Source of the DNA: the human T2T-CHM13v2.0 reference genome, Homo sapiens
Reading direction: 5' to 3' (one strand)
Assembly: GCF_009914755.1 (NCBI RefSeq)
Contig: NC_060927.1
Length of the DNA stretch: 64,000 nt
Positions 27,272 through 40,089 of this stretch are shown here, piece after piece. A model generated the notes under the pieces. That model was not told the DNA's origin. It saw nothing but the letters and a program-made list of their open reading frames with translations, and ran no database searches. The first letter of the stretch is position 1. Every line of letters begins with the position of its first letter. Made by a program: the position numbers and the translations under genes.

Positions 27272-27755
27272 ACTGCCATATGTTTGATTTTGCCTCTGTC
27301 ATTTTATTTTCTATTTCTGGAGATTATCATACTCCTTGCTATTTTTTTGCTTTCTTTTTAAATTATTCTTTGCCATATGAACTTTTTTCCTGATAAACTG
27401 AAGACAATCTAATTTGTAAAATATACTAATGGCTACTTTTAAAATTCTATTTAACACTATTGTAACTATGTACCTCTACAGTATTAGTTAGCACTGAGAA
27501 TAGAATAACACATCCTTTTCCTCTTCTATCCTAAGTAAGAATAATGATAGGACCTACCAGATAGTGTGGATCAGAAGATTAAAAGAACTGTAAAGTTCTA
27601 TGAACTGTATCTGGCACATAGAAAGACTCAAATGCTAGTGTAACTGATACCATTGCTGTAGTCATTGTTACTTTTTCTCCATATAAAATGAGCAAATTCA
27701 CATAACCTGACTTCCTTTTTCAGTCCCTTGCTTTTCTAATAGTAAGCATTTTCAC

Positions 27756-28092
27756 CAGGGGTCCCCAACCCCTGGGCCACGGACTAGTACCGGTCTGTGG
27801 CCTGTTAGGAACCGGGCTACACAGCAGGAGGTGAGTGGCGGGCTAGTGAGCATTACCGCCTGAGCTCTGCCTCCTGCTAGATCAGCAGTGGCATTAGATT
27901 CTCAAAGGAGCACAAACCGTATTGTGAACTGTGCATGCGAGGACGCTAGGTTGTGCACTCCTTATGAGAATCTAATACCTGATAATCTGAGGTGGAACAC
28001 TTTCATCCTCAAACCATCCCCCCTCTACCTCAATCCACGGAAAAACTGTCTTCCATGAAACTGGTCCCTGGTGCCAAAAAGACTGGGGACTG
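27756..28092 (+). mobile_element. MER1B hAT-Charlie DNA transposon
   Basis: caggggtccccaacccctgggccacggac...ggtgccaaaaagactggggactg terminal inverted repeats. Confidence 0.9.
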
Positions 28093-31000
28093 TTTCCCTA
28101 TACCACTTGTGTTTTGTTACTACAATTTTTGGTACTTTTGTGATTGTTAAAACCTTTCTAAACAATATGTCATCTGTTTCATTAAGTATTTGTGATGAGT
28201 TAATTTTCTTTGTAAACTATATCTATACTAGTCATTTTAACTCAGCCATGTTTAAATTATTCCAAGCACAAGTATTTTTGTGCCTCATATTTCCCATATT
28301 TCCCAATGCTTTTGTTTTCTCTGATCATAAATGGTAATTTGTCTGCTTTAAAAATATGTAGGTTATAACTTTGTCTTACATTGTTTCATATTGTGGAAGG
28401 GAAATTTGAAGAGATCTAAGATTTCTTTCTTTGTAGTTTACCCATTTTCCTGTCTATATGCTTTGATATCCCTCCTTCCTTTTTTCCTCTCTGATTCTGG
28501 AAGTAATATTATAATTCAGTTCCACTTATTTTTTAAAAGTAGTTTTCTTATTACCTCCACAATGAGTACATTAACTACATTTTCACATACAGAAAACTTG
28601 GATACATTCAACTGTTTACAAGACATGCCTCCATATGTCTACATTCATGTGAAGAATATGAACTTATTTAATTGTATATATTTGTAACTCTTACATATTG
28701 TACCTTTTAAAATAACTAACATGTAACATGCTTATTTCCTAAATAATCATCTATGATTATTTAAGGTGAGGAGAGTCTCTTTTGAAGAATTACAATAGTT
28801 GTAGTCATACTATGAGAATTCAATAATTTTTGGTACTGTAAACTTCTGACAGGATACTTTAACATGCTGGTAGGAAAAGAGATGTCTCTTTTCACCACAC
28901 GACCTGACACATGATGATTCCCCCACCGACAGATTTGGGTCTTCTTTCTTCATTTAACCCAGAAGCTCTCTCTTATCTTGTTTTTGAACAGTGCTTATGC
29001 CATAGTCATTCTGAAGTCTTCTTCGGGATCCAATTATTCATTTATATCTTCCTGAATTTCTTTAATGATTTTCAACTTATTGTACCTTTACTGTGCATTC
29101 CATGAAAGCTTCCCAAACATACCCACACATAACCAGATTACCTTTCTGCAGACAGTCTCACTTTCACCTTTCCTACTGTTTCAAATTTTACTATGCCATT
29201 ATATTACTGGTTGCTACAAATTCTTTCCTGAACTCTTCAAGACCCCTACTTTTCTAATCTAGTTTGGTCATCTCAGCTTTCATACCTTATTTTGAAGATT
29301 ATGTTTATTCATATTTATTGAGAGAAAAAAAGTAGAGAGTATATAAAATTTACTTTTTATTCCAATAGTAAGCATTTTCATAGTTATGTTCCTCTTTACT
29401 ACCTGAGTGTTATGATCCTGACTTCATTTTATGTTTCAGAAGTTTTCACTGGCACTAGAGCATTGATTGCTTTTTATGTTAATTTATTTCTAAATGAAAA
29501 AAGAGTTTCCCAAGATCTACACTTTGTGCCTAAATATAGTGAGAAAAGTCTCCTATGATGACTTTAGTATTCATATGGATGTTTTAAGAGTCATGTTATT
29601 CTTGATCTTACTTTCCAGGTCTAGGAAAAAAATTTTTTAATCAAAATTAAAAAATAAATTTCAAAGGAGTCATATTATTTTTTAAGCTATAAGAGATGTC
29701 AGTGTAAGTACATATCACCAGTTGGGTGATGAAACAACCTCAGAGATCAAAAGAATAAGCAAATTATAAGCCTTCAATAAATGCTGGCCATTGTCAGCCT
29801 TAGCATCACCATTAATAAATATAACTTCATAAAAATTTTATTATAAACTCATCCACTAAACATATTCAATGACTAATGTCAAAGATGAATGACAAACAGA
29901 AAAATATTCCACAAAATGACAATTTTTTAATAAATATGTAAAACATTTACGTATATAAAAATATCTATAACCTACTACAAAAAATGATTATGTTTTGAGC
30001 ATTAGTCTCTGCCAACAGAGGCCACATAAACTTATTTATAAACATATAAAAACATATTTAGCCCCACTGATAAGAAATTAAAAGTTTTTTTAAGTTGCTG
30101 TGTCATTTTTACCTATGTAATCAGCAAATATTTTAAAAATTAATTGTAACAAGCACTAGTTAAGGTATATCAAAAAAGACACTCCTTATACCAGCCAATG
30201 GTATTTGTGTATGCAAATATGTAGGTACAAAATGTTCATTCCAGTATTGTTTGTAATAGAAAATATACTAGTGAGGGAAAGGATAAGCTGCTATAACAAA
30301 GAAACCAAATGAATGTTCACTGGCTCAAAAAATATAGATATTTATTCCTCTCTCACATAGGTTTCAAGGCAAACTGTTTAGGTTAGCAAAAGGAGTAGTT
30401 GTACTCCTTTTGGTTATCTGAAGACCCAAGATACCGTTCATCTGTTTCCCTGGGACATCTCATAATCTCCATGGTTGAATGGGGTCTCCACCATAGCCAT
30501 AGTGCAGCCAGTGTGAAAAAGGAAGAGAGAATGAAGTAGGCATATACACAGGCTTAAGGCCGAATTTCAGAAGTGATACACAGCATTTCACTGTATTCCA
30601 TTAGCAAAAACACAGTCTTGTTTCTGCCTTTATCAGCCAGAAGCTTAGAAACATATAATCTAACCACATACCGAGGAAGAAAATTAAAATGGATTTTGGT
30701 GAAGAACTACAGGTCTCTGCCTTAAGAAAATGGAATAATTAATTATTCTGCTGCCTCCATTCAATGAAATATTAGGCTTCAATAAGAAATAAATTAAATC
30801 TCCCGTGCTACTAGATACATATAATAAAAAGATCCCCAGTATATATTATGAAATGTAAAATCATGATACAGAAAAATATACATTGTATATTAGATGCGTG
30901 TTTTTTAAAAGAGGCAATCTATACACTTATACACAGGCATACAGACAGAACAGTGCTGGAAGAAGAAACTATTCATAGAGGTTTTATCCTCAGTTGAACT

Positions 31001-31659
31001 AGAGACCTGATGTGAGAAGACTTACTTTTCGATAAGTTTCTTTTTTTGTACTGTATTTTGTTTACCATGTGTGTATCATTATTAATATTATAGGATGTAA
31101 ATATATAAGTATGAGCAAATTCTTCCCTTGCTTAACACATTCAGCAATTATCTGTTGCTACAAGATGTTTTCAGGCTTATTAACACATTATCGAGCTCTT
31201 TTCCTGTCTTAGGCTTTGAACTTGAAGCTCCCTTCCTCCTCATCTTTCTTCTTTTGCTCATAAATAATCTATCGTCCTAAAATGTGCCTCCAAAAATGAT
31301 GCTGCCCTATATTTTAATTTTTTTCTCACAAGACTGAGTTTAATGCCATATAATGAATATAATGGATCTGTTCATGTATCCTCTCCCCAAATGAGTGAAA
31401 ACTTGAGGACAAGGGGCATGTTGTTGCTTCTCCTTGTCCCCAGCAAAATGGATGACAGGCAGCATGTAGCTGATAAGTATTTGTGGAAATGAAAAGATCC
31501 CCCCACTCACTTAATTTAACAAACATTTATCAAGTGACTATATGGCTGCTCTTTTAAGTAGATTCTCTGTTCTTCATGTTTTTTTCCAATTTCTCTCTTT
31601 TGCCCTGTGTATTTTCTCCGAAAAAAAAAAACAAAACTGTTCTCTCTTCCTCTAGTATA

Positions 31660-33075
31660 GTTTAAAGGACACTTGTTTTAGAGTCCAGCCATGTAAATAT
31701 CAATCAGAGAGCAATGAAGTTTATTTTAATAAAGAAGAGAATGCATTGATATGAACCCTTGGTTTTTAATATTTCTACAGATAGATTGATATAAAAATAT
31801 AGATACATACATATAGGTGTATGTGTAGTCATTTATATATTCCCTAGCTCTGTCCACTAAGAGATCTGGAATTTCAGAGCCCAAAATTAATGCCACCCCA
31901 GTAGCAATAAGCGCATCTAGTACGCAGACATCTCAGTTTCTAAATGCCATTCCCCAATAAAACTAACCAGCTTCCTTGAAGAAATAGATGGTTGCAAGAA
32001 CAGGACAGGAAAAATACAAGATAAGCCTGGAAAAATCTTGTAGTGTTAAAAAGTAGGGAAGTGTTCAAAACTGACTGGGGAAAGGGGCATGCCAAAAACG
32101 ATGTAGGTACCAACTAAAAGGAGCTCTGAATGAGCAAACCTGGGACAATTTGAGCAACAAAATAAATAATGATAATGAGGAATTGTAACCCATAGAATAA
32201 AGCAAGTATCTATCATTCCATACTGATAGAAATGAATAACTTAATGAATAAATAAATAAATAAATGAAGGGTAATTATGCAATAGGATTCTAATAAATAC
32301 AGAATGACTAATAGAAATAGAACACCACTATTAGGCAGACAGCAGGTAATAAGTTTGAAGGCAAAAATTCATTAATGGATGATGAAATTAGAGGGCAAGT
32401 ATATGATAAGTACAGGATATTTGCCATCTCAAAGTCTCATAGTCACATTTTGAAATGACGTATGGGATGATTTTTTAAAAAGTCTTATAGTCACATGATA
32501 TTTATTATGAAGGGGAAAGAGGTAACTTTACAGTGGAGCAACCCAGAAAATACTACTTTGACCCAGTGACAAAAGTTAATCACCAGTAATGGAAGACGTT
32601 GACATCAGGTGTTTCCTAATATGATGAACCAAGAAGAGCATATCGCTTTTGTCCTAGTCTTATGAAAAATACATAACCTTGATATAATAATCAGAAAACA
32701 TCAGACAAACCCAACATGAAAGATAATCTAGAAAATAACTGGCCGGTAGTCTTCAAAAGGCTCAAGGTTATGAAAGGCAAAGTAAGACTGACCGAGGACC
32801 TGATACAGATTGGAGGAAACTAAAGAAAGAACAATTCATTGCAATATGGAATCCTGGATTGGATCCTGGACCAGAAAAGGATAATATGAGACAACCAATT
32901 CTGATAAGGCAAAATTCTACTAAGATCTGTAAATAAGCTGATAGTTTTATATCAGTGTTAATTTCCTGGTTGTAATCAATTTACTGTGGTTATACAAGGT
33001 GTTAAGCAGGGGAAGCTGGATGAAAGGTGTGTATGAACTCTATCCTGCAACTTTTCTTTATGACTAATATTATTT
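31660..33075 (+). mobile_element. L1MC/L1MD-type 3' end
   Basis: ccctagctctgtccact, ggtaactttacagtggag, aaacatcagacaaaccc and ggattggatcctggaccagaaaagga motifs. Confidence 0.7.
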
Positions 33076-33107
33076 TAAAAGAAAATGTTAGAAAAAGAAA
33101 TATTCTT

Positions 33108-33402
33108 GGCTGGGAGTGGTGGCTCATCCCTGTAATCCCAGCACTTTGGGAGGCCAACGCAGGGGGGATGGCTTGAGCTCAGGAGTTTGAAACTAGGCTG
33201 GGCAACATGGTGAGACCCTGTCTCTACCAAAAATACAAAAACGAAATAGCAAGGAATGGTGATGTGTGCTTGTGGTCCCAGCCACTCAGGAAGCTGAGGT
33301 GGCAGGATCACTGGAGCCCGGTGGGGCAGAGGTTGCAGTAAGCTGAGATTGTACCACTGCACTCCAGCCTGAGTGACAGCAAGACCCTCTCTCTCAAAAA
33401 AC

Positions 33403-33433
<31 letters not shown>

Positions 33434-33441
33434 CAAAAAAA
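33108..33441 (+). mobile_element. AluJ with (CAAAA)n tail
   Basis: Dimeric Alu with gcttgagctcaggagttt. Confidence 0.92.
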
Positions 33442-35010
33442 GAGTATTTCAGATAATGTATTACTGGGTTGCTCTTTCATAGATAAAAGGAATCCAGAGC
33501 CCTCCTGAATTGAAAAATTCAGAATAATTCTCCAACACCTGACAGCTAATGTTTAACATCAATAGTTTTCTTTTTCTCACTTGATATAATCTAACTCTAG
33601 GGTTTTTCTTAATTATTAGGAGGAAGCAAAGTCTCCCTGTTCATTTGGCAAAGGAAACTGCCCTTATCTTATCTCTTGCTAGATAGATTATAAAAATCAA
33701 GGAAAGCATCAGATGAGGCTCTAAACAGAGTTGGGATTGTACTTGCTGCTCTAATTCTCCAAGCAGCCTTTAAAGCTGCAAGCTATTTAATCAAAAACCA
33801 TTTACTAAGTTCCTATAAATCTAACATGTAGCTTTAGCAGTATACTGCAGTGGTTTGAAAATTAAAAGTCAAGGATTATACACATTGTTTGAAATACACA
33901 AAGTATTCTGCATATAAATTGTTGTCTTAATCTGTTAGCTACTTTTTTCAAGCCAGAGATTTTTCTTAAGCCAATACAATACAGAAAAGCAGAACCAGAC
34001 TAGAGGAAAGGTCTCCAGACGTGACTTAGAAGCTTGGGTTCAAGTTCTAACCCCCTACTAATTTTAACATCAAATTCTATAACGTATATGAAAACAAGTT
34101 TTTAAATAAGGATAGGGTCACTAGTTTATTAAGTGGGCTGAACTCAGAAGGTTACCCTCAGCTATTAGCTTTATTTTTCTCTCATCACACTCTTCTAACA
34201 TGGTTGGTTGGTTGGAATTCTGTTCATCACCTCTCGACAACATTTTGTGAAGGTCTCATGGCTTTCATTGTTGGTCATAAGGGTCTCATTTTTAGGTATT
34301 AAAAATCCAACCCATCTAAAGCAAAATGTAAGTGTGACAGCTAATTCATTGCCCTTCAACTCATCTCCACCAACAGCCTCCTTCTTGCCTCATCCACAAA
34401 CACCCCAGCTAAGGCCTAACCCTTGGGTTGAGAACCTGTGTTGGGAAAATGAACTGTGGTCTGTTCTTTCAGTTAGCCTCCACCTTTCTCACTTCCAAGT
34501 CCACAGGGAATTTTGCAAACAAGAGCTCTAGGAGGTCTCAATCATGTCCCACTCTGGATAAATGATGAGCAGAGCAGAACTTTCTCCATGCTTTTGGGGC
34601 TATTGTGACTCCATGAAGAACACTGTGAGCCTGTGAAACACCTCGACCTTCTTTCACATCCCAATATGCATCATATATGAATTCTTGTATGTGAAATCTT
34701 TGCAAGTTCTCCTCCAACCAGGATTGCCACAGGCCCCTAATGCAGTGTCCCCTCTGGGCCAGCCTTGGAAATAAGTGCCAGAGAGCTCTGAGCCATTTAT
34801 GTGCTTTGTTCTGTCTCCCCAAAGTGTCTACAGGCTGCCTGGCATGCTATAACTGCTCAAGAATATGTAAGATAGGGACATTTTCCTGGAATTCTCTGGG
34901 AGATGCTGTGGTAAGCAGTTCATCTAGTAGTTAAGTCTACCTGGGCTTTAGAGTCAATCACTTCTAGATTCACCAGATTCACTTCCAGATTCACTAGATT
35001 CTAGATTCAG

Positions 35011-36600
35011 TCTTTCAGCTAATATTTATTGAGCATCTAACATGTGCCAGGCTCAGTTTGAGATTCTGAGAGACAGAAGTTAATAGAGCAGTGAAAATTC
35101 CCTACCCTTGTGGAAACTACATTCTAGCTTGCAAAGCAGATATTCAACAAAGAAACAAATAAATGAGGATATAATATAAAGAAATCATATACCTCCTAAT
35201 AATGATGTACCCAGAGGGACACAGCATCACTTCTATGATATTTCTACCAAAAATATGTGTAACCTGACAGAACTGTGAAGAAACATCAGCAAGCCCACAC
35301 TGAGGAACATTCTACGAGACAATTATTCTGTACTCTTTAAAAATGTCACAAAAAACAATGAAAAGCTGACACTATTTCAAATTAAATGAGAATAAAAATA
35401 CCTGAAAACTAAAAGCAATGCATAATCCTAGATTAGACCCTGAAGCAGATTTTTTAATGCTATGAAAGGTGTTATTAGTTCTGCTCAAGTTCTGCTCTGC
35501 TCATCTCTTGTCCAGAGTGGGATGTGATTGAGGCCCCCTAGAGCTCTTCTTTGTAAAATTTGAGTATGAGTTGCATTAACATGTTACATTAATGTTAATT
35601 TACTATGTTGTATTTACATAAAAATATGGTTATTCTTGAGAGAGACAGACTGAATGAAGTTTTTGGGAATAAGAGATCCTGATGCTTGCAGTTTATTCCC
35701 AAACAGATCAGTGATGATAACAATAGCAATGACAATAACAAATCACAATAATATCTGGATGTCAGAAAGAACAATAAAAAACAAATAGTCCAAAATATTA
35801 ATAGTTGTTGAATCTGGGTGAAGGCTATACCAGCATTCATGGAACTATTATTGCCAATTTTCAATATGCTTACAAGTCTTCAAAATAAAAAGTTAAGAAA
35901 CAAAATCAAATAGTAATAAGTGCTCTGAAGAGGAAATGGGGATAGAGCACAGGGATCGGGGAAGTCTCGTGTGAATGACCTTTGAGTAGAGACCTGAAGG
36001 AAGTGAGAAGTGAGAAGACCATGGGAAGGGAAGAGCATTACAGGAAGTCAGAACAACAGGGGTGAAGGCCCTGACGTAGCAGTTTTCTGGTGTGTTTGTG
36101 ATCAGCAAGGAGGCCAGAGGGACTGGTGCAGAGTGAGTGATGAAGGAGAATGGTAAGAATGATCAGAGGTCAGATCACGGAAAGGACATTAGATTTTATT
36201 GTAACTACAGAGAAACTATGCTAAGGTTTTGAGCAGAGTAGTAAAATGGTCTGACTTCCATCTTAAGTAATCACTCTTGGCCACTTTGAAGGAAGTATGG
36301 AGCATACAGCAAGAAATAGAATATAGTTAATATATTCAGTTAGGGAGACCTTGAGGATGGCGGTTGTACAGGTGAGACCAGATGTCAGATTGGGATAATG
36401 ATAACAGAGGTAGTATGAAGTAGGTGGATTCTGCATATATTTTGAAAGTCTCATTGACTAATGTATTGGCTAATGGACTGAATGTGAAGAGGAAGGGAGA
36501 AATTGGAGTCAAGGATGATTCCAAGGTTTGAGGTCTATTAACTAGATAAAATGCTATGCCCTTTACTAACTTAGAGTCTGTGAAATGAGGAAGTAAGCTG
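35011..36600 (-). mobile_element. L2 (antisense) split by an L1MC/ME 3'-end fragment (+ strand, about 35190-35895)
   Basis: aatatttattgagcatctaacatgtgccaggc (L2 3' end) and ggagtcaaggatgattccaaggttt; the inner piece has cacagcatcacttctatgatatttct and aaacatcag. Confidence 0.65.
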
Positions 36601-38012
36601 GAGGACTGCTTCCTAGAGGCCCTCAAGGACACACCAGTCAGGAATTCAGGAGCCTTTCTCTGTAAGAATCCAACTGTTTCATTTGACCTTTTCAGATCCC
36701 ACTATGAACCTCTGGTCCTTGTGCTGCCCCAGAGAACACATGAGGGGCGCCAGAGCAGAGAGAGATATTCCTTATGACTGCCGATGTGTTTCTGCACCCA
36801 TCTAGGCCTTGTCCACTGTAGGAGGAGACCTGGGAGTGGTGGGGAACAGGTTGGAACTTGCTCAGAGCCTTCACATTTCTCTCTCTCTGTCCATAAGGGC
36901 TGACATATGTAGCATGGAAGATGCTTCCTCCCCTTGCATGTCCCTGGGCCACCTCAAGCCTATACACTTGTTTTCTGGATTGAACACACTCTTCGGTATT
37001 GCCTGGCCACCATGGTAGCTCTTCAGCCTTGAGTATGTGCCCCCACTTCTCCTTGCCTCCTCGGAATTGAGTTGTATAACTCTACCTTTGGTTTCAGGCC
37101 TCAGGGTCCACAGGAACATTGTTATCTGTTTCACTCTGCTCCAACTCCTTACACTATACTGGCTTGATACCTTCATGTACCCACATGGTTTCTTGAATCT
37201 AGCTTACCCTGCCTGACCCAGGCTGCTGGAAGATAAGACTGCAAGAATAAATTATAAAGGAAAACTGGAGGTCATAACACAGGTGAAAAGGGTCGGAGTC
37301 TTGGAGAGGAGAGATGAATACAGGAGATATTTTTAAGGAAAGGGAGATTAGCCTTGGTTACTGGTAGAAAATGGGGTTCAAGATGAGAGAAGGGAGGACT
37401 CAAAGAGTCTTCTAGGCCAGAACATTGTTCTAGGCCAGAAGATTGAAGGGATGATTCATCTGTCATTTTCTTCCCACTAAATTTGGGGAATTCAAACATG
37501 TAAGGCAGGCAATCCATTCATTCAATTACTCAACATAGAATGCCTATCCTATGCCAAAGCCTGTACCTGCATGTTGGAGATCCAAAGATGAAAAGAATAG
37601 TCCTTGACCTCAGCGTATAGAATAAGAGTATGTAGAATGTCAGTTGTGGTGACGTACTGCTGCAGGTTATGGTAGAATGATAGGGCACCTGCATGCATAG
37701 AATATTGAGCTCTATGTGGAGAAGTCAGGGAGAGCCTGAGGCAGGGCATTAGAAGCAATATTGGAGCTGAGACTTAGATAATGAGCAGTAGGTCTCCAGG
37801 AACATATCTGAGAGAAGATGTCCCAGACAATACAGCACGGACAAGACAATCTGCCCAGGTTTCCATCTTTATTAACCAGTGGAGCATATGCTAAATACAT
37901 TTGCCTGTGCAACAGTAGAAATACTACAGAAATATCCTCAGTGCAGCTCTTTCTTATTGCAATTGATGTTTTAGGAGCACAATATTTGCCTCAGAGGGCT
38001 TTTATGGAGCAC

Positions 38013-38382
38013 TATATTAATTTGCTAGAGCTGCCATAACAGAGTACCACAGACTGGGTGGCATAAACAACAGAAATTTATTTTCTTGCAGCTCTAGAGG
38101 CTAGAAGTCCAAGATCAAGGTATTGGTTTCTTCTGGGGCCTTTCTCCTTGCCTTGTAGATAATCACCTTCTCACTGTGTCCTCACATGATTTTTCCTCTG
38201 TGTGTCCAAATTTCCTCTTCTTACAAGGACACCAGTCAGATCGGACTAGGGTACACCCTAATGACATCATTTTAAACTACCTCTGCAAAAGCCCTGTCTC
38301 CAAATAAAATCATATTCTGAGGTACTGGGGATTAAGGCATCAACATAAGAATTTGAGGAGGGATACAATTCACCCGGTAGCA
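38013..38382 (-). mobile_element. MaLR LTR (MLT1A/B-like)
   Basis: gctgccataacagagtaccacagactgggtggcataaacaacagaaatttatt...ctagaagtccaagatcaagg. Confidence 0.85.
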
Positions 38383-39718
38383 AATACCCACTATTTGCAC
38401 GGTATTATGAGAAGCAGTACTTGATAAATGAAACCTAGCATAGTACTGAATGTAAATCCTTTTGTTCTGCTGTCCATCACTTAATTTCTAGAACTACTTG
38501 ATGTATCAATCAGAATCTAGAGAGCTCTATACTGTAAAATCCTCACTGCTCTCAACAGTTTTTCTACCTTTTAGACAGCCAGCCAGCCATCATATTTCCA
38601 TCTTCTCTTTCATTGACCTTCCTAGGGCCCAGCACTCTCTTTGTTCTCGGGGGAAAACACCAGTGTGGTCCCTGGGACTGTACACTTTCTCCCCACTGTC
38701 ACACAGCAACAGGAGCAGCAACTCAGAATGCAGAGTGGGGAGTGGCCACTGCCGCCCGTGTTGGGCTTTATGGCCATGGCATCAGACAGCTTGGCATGAC
38801 TCCTACCTGAGGAGCTGGATGGCTCAGAACCCATACTCTCAGTTGCAACCTCAGTGCCACCTGGGCAGGCAGGGGCTCTCTCTGACAGGATTCCAGATCT
38901 GAGGAGCGTGCTCTGAAACTTGCCATACAATCCATTATAATGCAGGTGCTAACTCTCTGAACTCACTTCTTCATTCTCCCTGAAAAGGAGGCCTCTTGCC
39001 CAAAACATCAATGAGCAATGTACTAAATTTACTGAAGAATTTGAGGAGGAAAAAAAGGGAGAGAGGTTTATAAAGCACACTTCCGTCAGTAGTTCTCTTA
39101 CTCAAAAATCTCTGCCTCCATACCACCCCAGAATTTGTTTCCTCCCTGCTCTTTCTGGCACAACTCCCTCATGGCAGCCTCCCCTCACCCCCAACTCCTT
39201 TTCTATTACTGCTTGTCATCTTGTAGTTCAGATCTTACATCTGCAAACTTCACTTCCTCTCAGTATTCAGTAGAAAAAAGGGCTATTATTTTTAAATTGA
39301 GATTGGTCCTTGGAACCATCTTCCCTAGCCAGGTAGCTACTCAAAGTATTTCTTCTGAATATATACAGTTCTGTTTCCTAAGAGGAATCTTTGAATCAGC
39401 TCTGAAGGTGATAACAATCATCCTGTATTGTTACAGCGGCATCCACATGCCTCACCAGATATGGCAGAGGTGTGGTGGGGATTTTGAGAAGTCAGAGTTA
39501 TGAAGTAGCCCTTGAGTGCCAGACACCTTGCCAGATACTTTAGATGCTTTATTTTATTTAATCCTCACAACAAATCTGCAGGGAACCTATTATTACTCCT
39601 ATTTTATGGACGGGGAATTTGGGACTCAGAGAAGTTAAATAACTTTCCTACACTCACACTGCTGGAGACCAGCAGAGCTGGGAAGGGCAGCAAAGCCATT
39701 CTGACCCCAAAGTCTTCA

Positions 39719-40089
<371 letters not shown>

